Positions 49,791 to 61,622 of a stretch of 64,000 nucleotides of DNA are shown here, one piece after another (positions within the stretch are counted from its first letter, which is position 1; each line of letters starts with the position of its first letter). The notes beneath the pieces were generated by a model. That model did no database searches. It saw only the letters and a program-made list of their open reading frames with translations, and had not been told where the DNA came from. Location of the stretch: contig MU004234.1 of assembly GCA_010405405.1 (NCBI GenBank), positions 602,993 to 666,992 of the forward strand, read 5' to 3'. The translations under genes were made by a program, and so were the position numbers. Origin of the DNA: Microthyrium microscopicum (Eukaryota).

Positions 49791-50526
49791 TTGGAATTGC
49801 GGCACTCCAAAGTCTGCGCACCCTTTCCTCACAACGGTGACAATGATAACGATCCCTGTCCCACCAAGATAAACCTTATCTTGAATCTTTATGGCGGAGA
49901 AGGTCGTTTTTGTACTTGAAAGTTGAAATTCAGTTTCTGTGATCTTGACCTTGTCCAACATGCAAAAGCCATTTCATGCGGCCTGCGGGTAGGTTTTCTT
50001 CTGCCGCAACACCAAGGATTTTCTTTTCTTGCACGTTCTCGAATCCTGAGTCCTGACGCGATATTAGCCTCAAAATCGACATCTTCCCTGCGCGAGTCTC
50101 GACCACCTCGATCCTGTAGCATCTGATTTTCGGCAATAAAATCAAAAACTGGTATAAAATTGAGCATTTGGTGTAGTTCAGAGATTGGTTGGAGGAGGGT
50201 CATGTATAAAAATAGAACTTTCTGCAAGAAGCTTTTACCCAAGCTTTTCTGACCCTGTCGATCCCTGAATCCTAAATTTCCCATCCTTGGGCCCTGGGGC
50301 GAGAAATGATTGCTGTATCAGCCTCATGAGAAATGCCATTCAACGGCGTTTTCCATTATTGGGGGCCAGGTGCATTTTCGGGTAATCGGCTACGATTTGA
50401 ACTTCAAATTCCTCATTTCGAATGTCCTCTTAACAAACGAGGATTGTCCATGTCGCCAAAATCCCTACAGTCGCATTGAAACAATCAATATTCATGGCAG
50501 GATGAGTCTTTTCCATGGAAAACCGT

Positions 50527-52959
50527 TCAAGACGGCACAGTAAAAATCCTCAACGATCCATCTTCACTGGCCACAGCCATGAGGCCACTCGCCTGCTCGC
50601 CGCTCTGTGGCTGCCATGCAATTCTACTGATCCCTTTATGCGGACAAAGTTGCATTTGCATAGGTCGAACATTGACCTTCTCCAGATCTTCCATAGAAAC
50701 CTCGGCGAGAAGCAACTCTCCACTCTCCAAACCGATGGCCAAAGAGAGATGATTCTGCGGCAAACTTGGTGCAAACGCAACCGCAGTCGCAGGCTGCGAA
50801 ACAGTAATCGTGCTCTTGAGCTGCCACTCTGTGCCAATAAGTTGCCAAATCTTGACGCTCTTGTCGCGGCCAGCCGTTGCGAATATACGGCCAGCTTCGA
50901 GGGGGGCCCATGAGCAGTCAAGGATCATGCGCGAATGGCCTTTCGCTGTTGTTGTCGTAAATTTGCCATCTATAAGTTCGAAAATGGACCAGATGCGATC
51001 TCTGCCCACGGATAGGAGGTACCCGCCGTCGGGTGACCATTGAAGAGATGTGACGGTTAGGGAGTGCGCGCGCAATGGTTCTGAGAAGTCTTTCCAGTCT
51101 TTCGTGTCGTAGACACGGATTACGGCGTGATCAATGGAGCTTGCTCGACATGCTGTTGCCATGAGTGTACCATCTTGAGTTACAGCGACGGCGGAGATCT
51201 CGTAGCCATGGCCGTAGACCTTGTGGATTTCTGGCCAGAGAAGGTGACGGGCAAGTTGATCCTCGACAGGCGGATGGTCGATGTCGAGGGCGGATATGTT
51301 GACAATGAATGACGGATCGTCAGTGGTTGGCTCCTCAGTGTCTCCATTTGTGTTACTCTCCTTGTCATCAACAGCTTGAATGGCTTTATTCGACAAGCCC
51401 AGAACAGGAATGTTCGCTGCGTCAGGTAGGTCCGTATTTTCCTGTGATATATCGCATAGTTTGGATAGAAGACTTGCGACTACTGCAGGTTCCTGGAATA
51501 CTCGGAGTGGTTTCTCGTCCGCGCCAGACACAAACTGGGTGTCTGATATGACGCCAATACAGTTCAAGTCATATCCGTGGATTTGTGGGCGAGCGAATTC
51601 ATGCCAGGATGGTGTCTGCTTCCACTTTGAGTGTAGCCTTGACGTCTGATCTGAGCTAGTTGAAAGCAAGTAACCGCCGCTCTTCGACCATGCTATATCA
51701 GTGACTGATCGAACATGACCACCGCATCCGATTTGCGGTACCCATATGTGTTCCGATTCTTGCTGCCACAGCCTCCAACCTCCGGTTCTCCCTAGACTTG
51801 CTACCGCGTTTCCTTTAGGCGACCACAGTCCGATCCAGAATCCGCCCGTACTTCCAGTCGCAGTTGTAGAGCCTTTCTGAGCGCTTATCTCTCCCAATCG
51901 AGACACACATACCCATATGCCAGAGTTTGCGTCTGCTTCCCATATGGCAAGAGAATTATCCGCTGATGCGCTAAGTAGTTGTAGTTTGCCATCATGGTGA
52001 TGCCACTTATTTGAGTATATCCAGTCGTCATGTCCAAGCAATAATGCCTCAAATGTAATCGATGCTCTCTCATCCCCTATTTCAAACCGATGTGCTTTCG
52101 TTGATACTGATTTGCCCATCAATCCCAGTGATGGATCATCCACTGCTTTACTTGATGGCAGCTCCTCGCCCTTGTGTATTCTCCATAATCGAATGAACTT
52201 GTCCTGACTCGCTGATGCTAAAAGCAAGTCTGAAGAAGTATCCGTAGTTTCTCGCACGAATGAAAGAGACCGAATCCATCCAGCATGTCCTGTCAAGGTG
52301 GCTATCGGTCCGAATTTTCCAGTTGTTTGAGTCACGTAGATATGAATCGCCGCGTTTGATCCAGCAACCGCCAATATCTTATGTTTCTTGTCCAGGTCAT
52401 GCGCTGAAATTGCCAACGGCATAATCTTCACCTTGATCGTTTCCACCAATTCGACCTCTTCATTAATTCCATCCGTAGCGAAGTGTGACAGATCCCAAAC
52501 CTTGATAGTCGAATCGGCAGAGGCAGATATCAGTGTCTGAGAATCAGACAATATCTCTAGAGCCGTCACTGAAGCATCATGCTGCGCAACAACAGCACTC
52601 TCATAAGACTTGCCCTCTGATTCTCCTAGTGGTACTCTCCACGCTCTTATGCTCTTATCCACAGATCCACTGAACAGCAGTACTTCTTGGTTACCAGATC
52701 GCTGATAAAACTTTACGGCATTTGCCGCATCAGTATGCCCATTTAAGAGCGCGTACACGCCCTTGTACGCCGAGTCCTGCACCCGTAAGCTTCTCAATTT
52801 CACATCTCTTGATCCTAGGCTTACCAAAGGTCTCCAAAGCGCAATACTATTGCCTGCGCCATAAGCGAGACATCCACCATCATTATTAGCCCAGTCGGCG
52901 GCTGAAGGATGTCGGTTGCCGCCGATGCTGATATATTCCAGCTCAGCGCGATCGCCCAT
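50527..52959 (-). CDS. ELP2: Elongator complex subunit 2 (double WD40 propeller)
   Basis: YISIGGNRHP..ADW, LTGHAGWIRSL, LLASASQDKFIRLWRI, FEALLLGHDDWI, WHEFARPQIHGYDLNC, FVSGADEK.LRVF, A..PVLGLSNKA, LWPEIHKVYGHGYEI. Probable in-frame intron 52777-52824. Confidence 0.95.
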   Translation of the reverse strand: MGDRAELEYISIGGNRHPSAADWANNDGGCLAYGAGNSIALWRPLVSLGSRDVKLRSLRVQDSAYKGVYALLNGHTDAANAVKFYQRSGNQEVLLFSGSVDKSIRAWRVPLGESEGKSYESAVVAQHDASVTALEILSDSQTLISASADSTIKVWDLSHFATDGINEEVELVETIKVKIMPLAISAHDLDKKHKILAVAGSNAAIHIYVTQTTGKFGPIATLTGHAGWIRSLSFVRETTDTSSDLLLASASQDKFIRLWRIHKGEELPSSKAVDDPSLGLMGKSVSTKAHRFEIGDERASITFEALLLGHDDWIYSNKWHHHDGKLQLLSASADNSLAIWEADANSGIWVCVSRLGEISAQKGSTTATGSTGGFWIGLWSPKGNAVASLGRTGGWRLWQQESEHIWVPQIGCGGHVRSVTDIAWSKSGGYLLSTSSDQTSRLHSKWKQTPSWHEFARPQIHGYDLNCIGVISDTQFVSGADEKPLRVFQEPAVVASLLSKLCDISQENTDLPDAANIPVLGLSNKAIQAVDDKESNTNGDTEEPTTDDPSFIVNISALDIDHPPVEDQLARHLLWPEIHKVYGHGYEISAVAVTQDGTLMATACRASSIDHAVIRVYDTKDWKDFSEPLRAHSLTVTSLQWSPDGGYLLSVGRDRIWSIFELIDGKFTTTTAKGHSRMILDCSWAPLEAGRIFATAGRDKSVKIWQLIGTEWQLKSTITVSQPATAVAFAPSLPQNHLSLAIGLESGELLLAEVSMEDLEKVNVRPMQMQLCPHKGISRIAWQPQSGEQASGLMAVASEDGSLRIFTVPS

Positions 52960-53286
52960 GATGAGGAAGCTTCAAGCAGCCATTTTCGTAAATGCACTGT
53001 GCGCAAAGAATGTGGGTGGATTGGTAGTGGCTTGAAAATCAGGCTGGAATATTGAAGAAAATTTGGTGACGCACCAATCAAGCCCCACCAGAGAGAGGTT
53101 AACAATTTTACCGGATGTGAATTTGACCAGACCACTCTTGCCGGAAACTTATCGAAGATTTTTATATTTTCTTTGCAAAGTCAAAGCCTCCCATTTGCGA
53201 CCTCAGTACTGTCAGCGTCACGACGGTCAAGTGTTTGAAGCATCTCCACAAGCTCGCTCGAGTCGCTCTCTCTCACTTAGAGCCAA

Positions 53287-53715
53287 ATGGCATCGAACAC
53301 AATACCAAGCTTCCCAATCACAGTAGAGTTCACGTAAGACTTTTCCAAACTGCCCAATACTTTTCTAACTATGGTACAGAGGCGGCCTAGAACTCCTCTT
53401 CTCCAACCAACGAAAGCACAATATACAAGTACCAGAACAAGACTCATCAGGCGCAAAGACCAACATCTCATGGCTGGTGGACCATCTCTGCAACAATGTC
53501 ATGAAAGATAGTAGGAAAGACATGTTTGTTCTTCACAATTCAGTGTATGTCTAATTCATTTCATTTCTTCATGTTCTGGAAGCTAATAGATGGCAAGACG
53601 GCCGGGTATCTTGGTACTCATAAATGATGCTGATTGGGAGCTGGAGGGCGAAAGTAACTATGAGTTACAGAAGGGTGATAGCATATTGTTTGTTTCGACG
53701 CTTCATGGCGGATGA
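53287..53715 (+). CDS. URM1: Ubiquitin-related modifier 1 (sulfur carrier for tRNA 2-thiolation); not in ORF track
   Basis: Introns 53334-53379 and 53545-53597 give [29 protein letters not shown]...[36 protein letters not shown], the canonical Urm1 signature. Confidence 0.96.
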
Positions 53716-53947
53716 TTGCTGAATGCTGCTTCATACCAACCGTTCTTCTCTTGCAGAGCATATCTTGCCCTCCAGCGTAGCAGCTTTGATGAAGCCCTGG
53801 ACAAATTTCCACTAAAGGAGCGGGCTGTTCGCATGATACAAAAGACCAAAGCCTAAGTGTTCTTAAAGAGTTCATATCTCGCTGTCAGTATGACGCGCGC
53901 GAAGCTCCTCGCAATCCAGTGATCCCTCTGACGGCGCAATGAACAAC

Positions 53948-54980
53948 TCAGAGATAATCCTTCTTTCTACTTGTGCGTGTATATTGATTCAAGTGCCACT
54001 CCACATCGCCGTCCTTGTTCTCGAGAGTACCCGCACGGATTTCGAATAAGCGCTATCAAGTCAGCATCAACAATCTCACTACCAACATGGATAGACATAC
54101 CATTGTCATTCGTGGACCGACTTCTGCAAGCTCGATCGATTCGTGGCCTGTACGTACGAAAACTACAAAGATGTCAGTCGTAAAGATTACGCATGGTTCG
54201 ACCTTAATACCATGATGCCGCACTTCTATGCTATCTTCAATGTTCTTGAATGTGACAACTCGGTTGCCTACTTTTGTTCCGTACTCTCGTGGCGGGAAGA
54301 GGTGCTTGAGAATTGTGACGGCGCGTAGACCAAGTTTTGTGGTGAAACCCTCGAATATGAGATGTGGATATGACTCTGACACAGTTCCGCGAGCCGAATT
54401 CGGGATGTCAGCGCGCAAGACGACGTTATGTAGCGAGAAGGAAGCAGTGGGCCCATGAGGCATATGTGAGATAGTCAACGCGGTGGGATTGCCTCGATGT
54501 TCGTGTAGTAGTATGAGATCACTAAGATCGGCAGCTTTGGCAGAAGCAACGAGATTTGGTAGGATCAAATTTCCTCGATTCAATCGGATGGCGGTAGGTA
54601 GGAGTAGTCGGATTTCTTTAGCAAAGCTAGCCAGTCGGGAACTAGGATCGCGGGACGTGGTGACGAGACATCGTGGGTCGCGGATACCGCTGAGAGCAGC
54701 ATATTCGTCGTCAAGGGCGAGCTCTTCTTCCACAGTACGGTCCGCTCTTGACTCGTCGAATTTGTAGTTCTCTCTCAGGGATTTGTCATTTGCGATGGCA
54801 GGATCAAGCTGTTTCCCACTGGCAAGAGAAGCCTTGAGCTTGGATCGCTTGTCTGCAATTTCGGCATCGCGGAGGACGAGCGCTCTGCGGTAGAGGTAGT
54901 CTCGACGTTCTCGAGTTTGTCTTTTCTACACTGTGTCAGTTGTGCCTGCCGTGTAAGGCGAATAGGTTACATACAATCAT
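53948..54980 (-). CDS. IMP4: U3 snoRNP protein Imp4 (Brix domain)
   Basis: [87 protein letters not shown]. Introns 54926-54974, 54163-54210, 54053-54100. Confidence 0.95.
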
Positions 54981-55292
54981 GTTTGCGGTTGATTTTGCTA
55001 GAGCCAAACGTTGTCGAAAATGTTCGATGTGGTAAAGCGTAAGAAAATAATTTGTGGTTAACTCCGGGTGGGGAAAGCTTGTAAATCCGAAAAAGCAGAC
55101 TCTGCAGTCTAACCCAACCACTCACAGGCCGAGATGCCACCACTACTCCACGCGTTCCTCCACCAGAACATGGTCTTTTTCTATGTACCAAATACCTCTC
55201 TCTATCAACATCGCATCACTACCCTGACCTCGCTTTGCTGCTACAGCTTGGCGCCTGTTCCTGTTAGCTCGATATAACAGCTTTCCAGCTTG

Positions 55293-55468
55293 GTAAGTCT
55301 GAGTCTTTTTGCCACAGCTTGCCAATTTTATCTTCAAGCTCCAGATCTGCGTCGTAGTCTTACTAACGCTTCTCGACCCAGAACGCCACAGGTTGAGACT
55401 TCTACATGCCGGCGCATCACTTGCTACCAGCTTCTATACCTTGTCAGCTCCGGCCACCAAATACTTAA
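55293..55468 (+). promoter_or_regulatory. Predicted UPF1 5'-UTR intron (55293-55381) followed by a 20-codon uORF (55406-55468)
   Basis: GTAAGT donor, TACTAAC branch at 55361-55367, CAG at 55379-55381; ATG CCG GCG ... ACT TAA ends 63 nt before the UPF1 ATG. Confidence 0.55.
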
Positions 55469-55531
55469 ACCTCTATACCCCACGAACACCACCGTATCTC
55501 GGTACGACTATACACTTCTTCCGATTCCGCC

Positions 55532-58500
55532 ATGGAAGGCGCCTTTACCCATCTGGGTAACCATCTGGTCTCCAACTCGGCTTCGACTATTAACGCCGAG
55601 GACGATGAGAGTATACTAGACGGGAACTTCGGACGGCTGCCTAGCGCCGCTCGTCGACGACGACAAGATGACGAAGAGACTGATTACCTTGACGACGATG
55701 ACATTGAAAGCATGGCTAGCATGGCTGTAGATGGAACAAATGGAAAAGCACCCGTTGCAGCCGAAGAGGAGGTTGATTTGCCTGCTCATGCTTGCGCGTA
55801 AGATATATGGTACATGTGTCACTTCAAGCAAGCTAAAAGAAATATACAGATACTGCGGAATCCATAATCACCAGAGCGTCGTTCAATGCGCGGTATGCCA
55901 CAAATGGTTCTGCAGCGGACGAGGTAATACTTCGTCTACGCATATTGTCAATCATTTGGTCCGAGCCCGCCACAAGGAAATCATTCTCCATCCTCAGTCA
56001 CCATTAGGCGAAACCATACTCGAATGTTATCAGTGCGGTGTCAAGAACGTCTTTCTCTTAGGCTTTATCCCAGCAAAGGTTGAAAGCATTGTGGTTCTTC
56101 TGTGCCGTCAGCCTTGTGCTGCTGCACCATCGTCCAAAGATATGCAATGGGATACCGCAAAGTGGCAACCACTAATCGAGGACCGTTCCCTTCTTTCTTG
56201 GCTGGTTCCACCACCTTCCGAACAGGAACAGCTGCGCGCTCGTCACTTAAGCCCACAAACTATCGTCAAGCTTGAGGAATTGTGGAAAGAAAACCCAAGT
56301 GCTAGCCTGGCTGATCTGGAAAAGGGTGTGGGTGTCGACGACGATCCTGCGCCAGTCCTACTCCGTTACGATGATGCCTACCAGTATCAGAACGTCTTTG
56401 GCCCCCTCGTGAAGATTGAGGCCGACTATGATCGAAAATTGAAGGAATCGCAATCTCAGGACGGTCTCGTTGTCCGTTGGGATCTGGGTCTCAATAACAA
56501 GCATTTGGCAAGTTTCGTGCTTCCTAAGCTGGAGCTCGGGGATGTCAAACTGGCTGTGGGCGACGAAATGCGTATCCGATACAATGGCGAATTACGAACC
56601 CCATGGGAAGGTGTTGGCTATGTCATCAAAATCCCAAACAACCAGTCTGACGAGGTCACTATTGAATTGAGAACTAAGGGAGATCACAAATCAGTGCCCA
56701 CCGAATGCACCATCAACTTCACAGCAGACTATGTTTGGAAGGCCACATCTTTCGACCGCATGCAACACGCCATGAAGACTTTTGCTGTAGACGAGCTGAG
56801 TGTTTCGGGATATATCTTCCATCGTCTCCTTGGTCACGAAGTTGCCGCAGCTCCGATGAAGACACAGCTTCCTCGAAAATTCAGCGCTCCAAATTTGCCC
56901 GAACTCAATGGCAGCCAGATTGCTGCTGTTCAATCCGTTCTGACTCGGCCGTTGAGTTTGATTCAAGGTCCGCCAGGCACAGGCAAGACTGTGACGTCCG
57001 CTACGATCATCTACCACCTTGCTAAGAATAGTGGTGGACAGGTTCTAGTTTGCGCGCCTTCCAATGTCGCCGTGGATCAACTTTGCGAACGAATTCATAG
57101 AACTGGACTGAAGGTGGTTCGTGTTACCGCCAAGTCTCGAGAGGATGTTGAGTCTCCGGTTCGCTTCTTGTCTCTTCATGAGCAAGTTCGTCTCAATGAC
57201 ACCAACACTGAGCTTGTCAAACTTAACCAGCTCAAGTCCGAGCTTGGAGAATTGTCCAGCCAGGACGAGAAAAAATTCAAGCAGTTGACCCGATCTGCCG
57301 AACGCGAAATTCTCACCAATGCAGACGTTATCTGCTGCACTTGTGTTGGTGCCGGAGATCCACGTCTCTCCAAGTTCAAGTTTCGAACTGTCCTTATTGA
57401 CGAGTCGACACAATCCGCCGAACCCGAGTGTCTGATTCCGCTGGTTTTGGGCTGCAAGCAATTGGTCCTTGTCGGAGATCATCAGCAACTTGGTCCTGTT
57501 ATCATGAACAAGAAGGCAGCAAAGGCAGGACTCAGCACCTCGCTATTTGAGCGTCTCGTCCTACTCGGAACCCCTCCTATTCGTCTACAAGTCCAATATC
57601 GTATGCATCCATGTCTTTCAGAATTCCCATCCAATATGTTCTACGATGGATCGCTTCAAAACGGTGTGACTGCAAGCCAACGACTTCGTCGCGACATAGA
57701 TTTTCCATGGCCAGTGGTGGACAACCCAATGATGTTCTGGTCTAATCTTGGCAACGAGGAAATCTCCGCCTCCGGAACATCTTATCTCAACCGTACTGAG
57801 GCTTCCAACGTAGAGAAGATTGTTACTCGTTTCTTCAAAGCTGGCGTTAAGCCTGAAGACATTGGCATCATCACTCCGTATGAAGGTCAACGCAGCTATA
57901 TTGTCAGCTCTATGCAGACCACTGGCACCTTCAAAAAGGAGTTGTACAAGGAGATTGAAGTCGCATCTGTCGACGCTTTCCAGGGTCGTGAGAAAGACTT
58001 TATCGTGCTCTCTTGTGTTCGTTCCAACGATCATCAGGGCATCGGTTTCTTGAGCGACCCTCGTCGTTTGAACGTGGCTTTGACTCGTGCCAAATACGGC
58101 ATTGTCATCTTGGGAAATCCCAAGGTTCTGTCTAAGCACCCTATGTGGCATTGGCTTCTTTCTCATTTCAAGGAACGTAGCTCCCTAGTGGAAGGACCAT
58201 TGTCCAACCTTCAAGTCTCTCTTCTGCAGTTCAGTCGCCCTAAGACCAGCTTCCGTGGACCTCAGCGTTATCAGATGGGCTATCAGAGCCAAAATGGCAA
58301 CATGATGCCCGGTCGTCCAACCCGCGGTCCACGATCCGAGTACACTGACAATAGCTCTGTCGTTGGTGGATTCTCCGATGATGTTTCGACGGTGCACTCC
58401 TCTACCGTAGGAGGTGTTGGCCTTCCATCTTCAATGCCACCAATGTTTGCCAGCTTCACTGAGCAATGGCCAACTCTTCCTGGCCGCAAAGGTCGTCACA

Positions 58501-58751
58501 ATGGAACAGCCGCTAGCGTTGCTGGCGAATCTGTCGCAGCTTCAGACTACACAGACCTTAACAGCAGCAGCGTTGTCGATGGTCGCTCCGGCGGAGTCAG
58601 CCTCGCAGGCCTTTCTCTTCGCGATCTTCCGCCCATTGGATCTGCACCCTCGGACCGCCTCAAGCGCTACGTGGAAGGCGGCAAAGAAAACCGCGATGAT
58701 GATGCGCGTAGTGTGTCCACTGCATCCTATCTGCCACCTGTCTACGACTGA
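55532..58751 (+). CDS. UPF1: Nonsense-mediated decay RNA helicase Upf1
   Basis: LPAHACA|YCGIH (intron 55798-55849), CH domain [26 protein letters not shown]1 motifs [48 protein letters not shown]. Confidence 0.97.
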
Positions 58752-61622
58752 TTTGACATTCTTTGCCTCTGCAAAACTTGTTCTCATGACAGCTTGTATC
58801 ATCTTTTCTGCAGGCCAACACGAACATCAACAGACACAGAACACTGTTGTTCCACCACCAATCAGCTACGCCTCGCCATGAGCAGCTACACCGGCACTGA
58901 TCTACACATCAGCCCAATGTCATCTAGCCGCTTCTCGCGCCTGAAACAGCCGCGTAGTGAACAATAACCATTCCCTCCAAAGAGGGAGTGGAGTGGTCAT
59001 GTATCACACCCACAGTGCGAACGTTAAAAAATACGGAGTTGTTGCGAAGGATCCGGCAAACATTTTTACTAAAGCTACAACTGTTAGCCGCAGTCCCTGA
59101 TCCTCTGGTCTGGCCCGAAGAGCAATGTTGCAAGACTACTGCCCACCATCAGTCTTGTCCCATGTAACTTGACATGCTTCTGCATGGACCATCATTTCTA
59201 GAGGTTTACACTGCCCTGGCCAGTTGCTATGCTAAAGAGAAGAGGTGGAAGTATGCCAGTGGGATCAAAAATTGTACGGTTATATTGCTTATTCTGTCTT
59301 TACCTAGTTCGTGATCAATCACACTCATTTTGTCTAAATTTCTACTTGTGCTGACTACGCGTTGTCTAACTTGCCGATCGATCAGCCTGATCTCATCTGA
59401 TTCGCAGGGCCATGAATACCGTAAGACAAAAATTCTCTGTAGCCTGATCTATTCACACTCCTGGGACCCGTTTGCGCTTTTGTGAAGTCATGTTCACAAG
59501 GTCCTTGGTTATTATTACCAGAAGAAACAGTTTTTCCCTATCTGTAAGGCTTTTTGTGTGAAATTAACGAGTCTTTCGTGTTCCTTTGACGAACCTTTTG
59601 GCTCGTTTCTGCGTGGGACTGGGGTCTCGCGCTTATTCTGGGATGGGAAAGCCTCGAGAAGCATTCTACCCCATTACTTCTTTCAGAGGATGTGTCAATT
59701 TCCAATTTTTGGAAGCTGAACATAATCAGTAGGCTGTAGCTTCATAGACAGATGAGTGGGCTGTCATGTGGAGGAAGCACTTACGTGGGTGTTGTTGAGC
59801 CAACATGCGTGATTCAAGATACTGGGCAAGGAGTATAGCACAAGTACTACGGAAGTCGTTTTTTGTGACATCTACTCCTTCTGTGCCTTGTTGAGTGATA
59901 TTGAAAAACAGCCGATAGCTCCGTAGTCCGTACCGGGCGGAGAAATAACGTCGAACTGAGTACAAACTAAAAGCAAAGGCTTTAATCTCCTTTGTCGTGA
60001 GAAACCTTGTACAGACATCAGCAATACTTCGCGATCTGTACACCCAGAATATGGCATGTTCCAGATCGAATTTCGTTAATAACAAGGCTTTTGAACTCGT
60101 GGTGATGGTGTACATGTTGCTCCTATGCTTGAACGGTGAAGGGATGAAGTTGAATTGTTTGATCTTCTGCATGTGCAGATCATAGGTTTATTATTGCTAT
60201 CCAATCAGAGATAATACCCCACAACAAGATATAATTTCTGGGTCTTTGTTACTGGCATGCCCTTGAAAACGTTGACTGGCCTCCTCCTGGAGTAGAGTAG
60301 CATCAATTCCTTCCCAAGTCGTTGGAAAGCCGGAGTAATCACATTATTCGGTTCCTACCGTGTTCTAGGTCGCCTGTCCCTTGTCTCGTTCCCGTCGGAG
60401 AGAAAAATATCATTTTATCCAGTCGTTGCGAATATTCAGCATAGTTCAAGGGACGAGGTGACGTTCAAAGCTCGAGCTCCCTTCTTATCAGGACGGATGA
60501 ACCCCGTTTCAAACAAAGCTTTCCCAGCCTTTTAGCTCAAGCATATTCTTGGTGATTTTCCTTTTGTGCTTCAGATTTCGGAGCAGTCTTATGCATAATT
60601 CAGGATCCACGCATGCACCGATCGACCTAGCTAGCGAACCCGCTGTCTTCTACAACGCTTAATCTGACCTAATATGAAATCGGCCTGTCCGACATCAACA
60701 TCAAAAGCTGACATGTCTTGTCTCCGAATCTCACCATCAAGCTCGCAGACACTGGTGGCACAAAAGGACAGCACACCGAGCGTCTGAAACTTCCGGTACA
60801 TAATTTACCTTGCAGCAAGGAACGGGATGTGCTCAGACAGCGCAAAGTCCACAGGTCAAGAACATGAAATGGCAACGTTACACTGCGGGAGAAATGCCAG
60901 GTAGGAAATCCGAGTAACAAGCAAAATCCGCCTCAAAATCCTCTGGGGTCCTGCCAAAGCTGGTTAGCTTGCATGCATAGCGGACGGATGAGGCGTCGCG
61001 AACGCTTTGTGAGTGGTCCAATGGATTGTTTCCATTGAATACGGTCCCAGTTGCTGAAGTGGATACGTATATTTTGTCTTGGAGATCTTTTGTCGCAAAC
61101 ATGCAGACTAACTAGAGAACAATCCGGGCGAAGAGTTTAGAGAAGTCTTTCTAACTTGAGAGATAGTCAGATGCTTATTTTGGCAAGGCGGAACTCAAGT
61201 GGCCCCAAATTTCGGGCTAGGTGTTCGTTCTCACGGCAGTATGCATAATCGCTCGCAACGTGCAAGGAGACCAGGCTGAAGATGGATGTGATAGCCTTGT
61301 GGGTTTGTGCCGGGTTATCAGATCCAAGCTCTTTATTGACAACGGCTGCAGCCGCAGTGGTCGTGTGCACATCCTGTACGGAGTTCTATGGGTTCCTTTG
61401 GCTCATCCTCCGCTGCTTATGCTGGGCAATGTAGCCGCTCAGTGGCGGATGTACGCAAAATCCTGGACTTTATCCCAGCCTGATCGTTCGGGTATTCACA
61501 GTTGCCTTTCTTTGGGTCAGGCCTGCGTCGAATTGGAATATTTTGACCAATTGGTCGTCTTTCACTTCAGGCGCAAACAGACATCCCCGAGCGCATAACC
61601 GGAAGTTCACAACAAGTCATTA

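Noticed and set aside
55731..55849. Track start of the 1006-aa Upf1 ORF
   Set aside because: Read-through of an intron in the wrong exon-1 frame; splicing 55798-55849 to the 55532 ORF restores the conserved HACAYCGIH.
59538..61400. Minus-strand ORF fragments (59726-60172, 60878-61102, 61167-61370) that might be one decayed gene
   Set aside because: Many stops between fragments, no recognisable motif and no consistent splice model; cannot be supported without a homology search.
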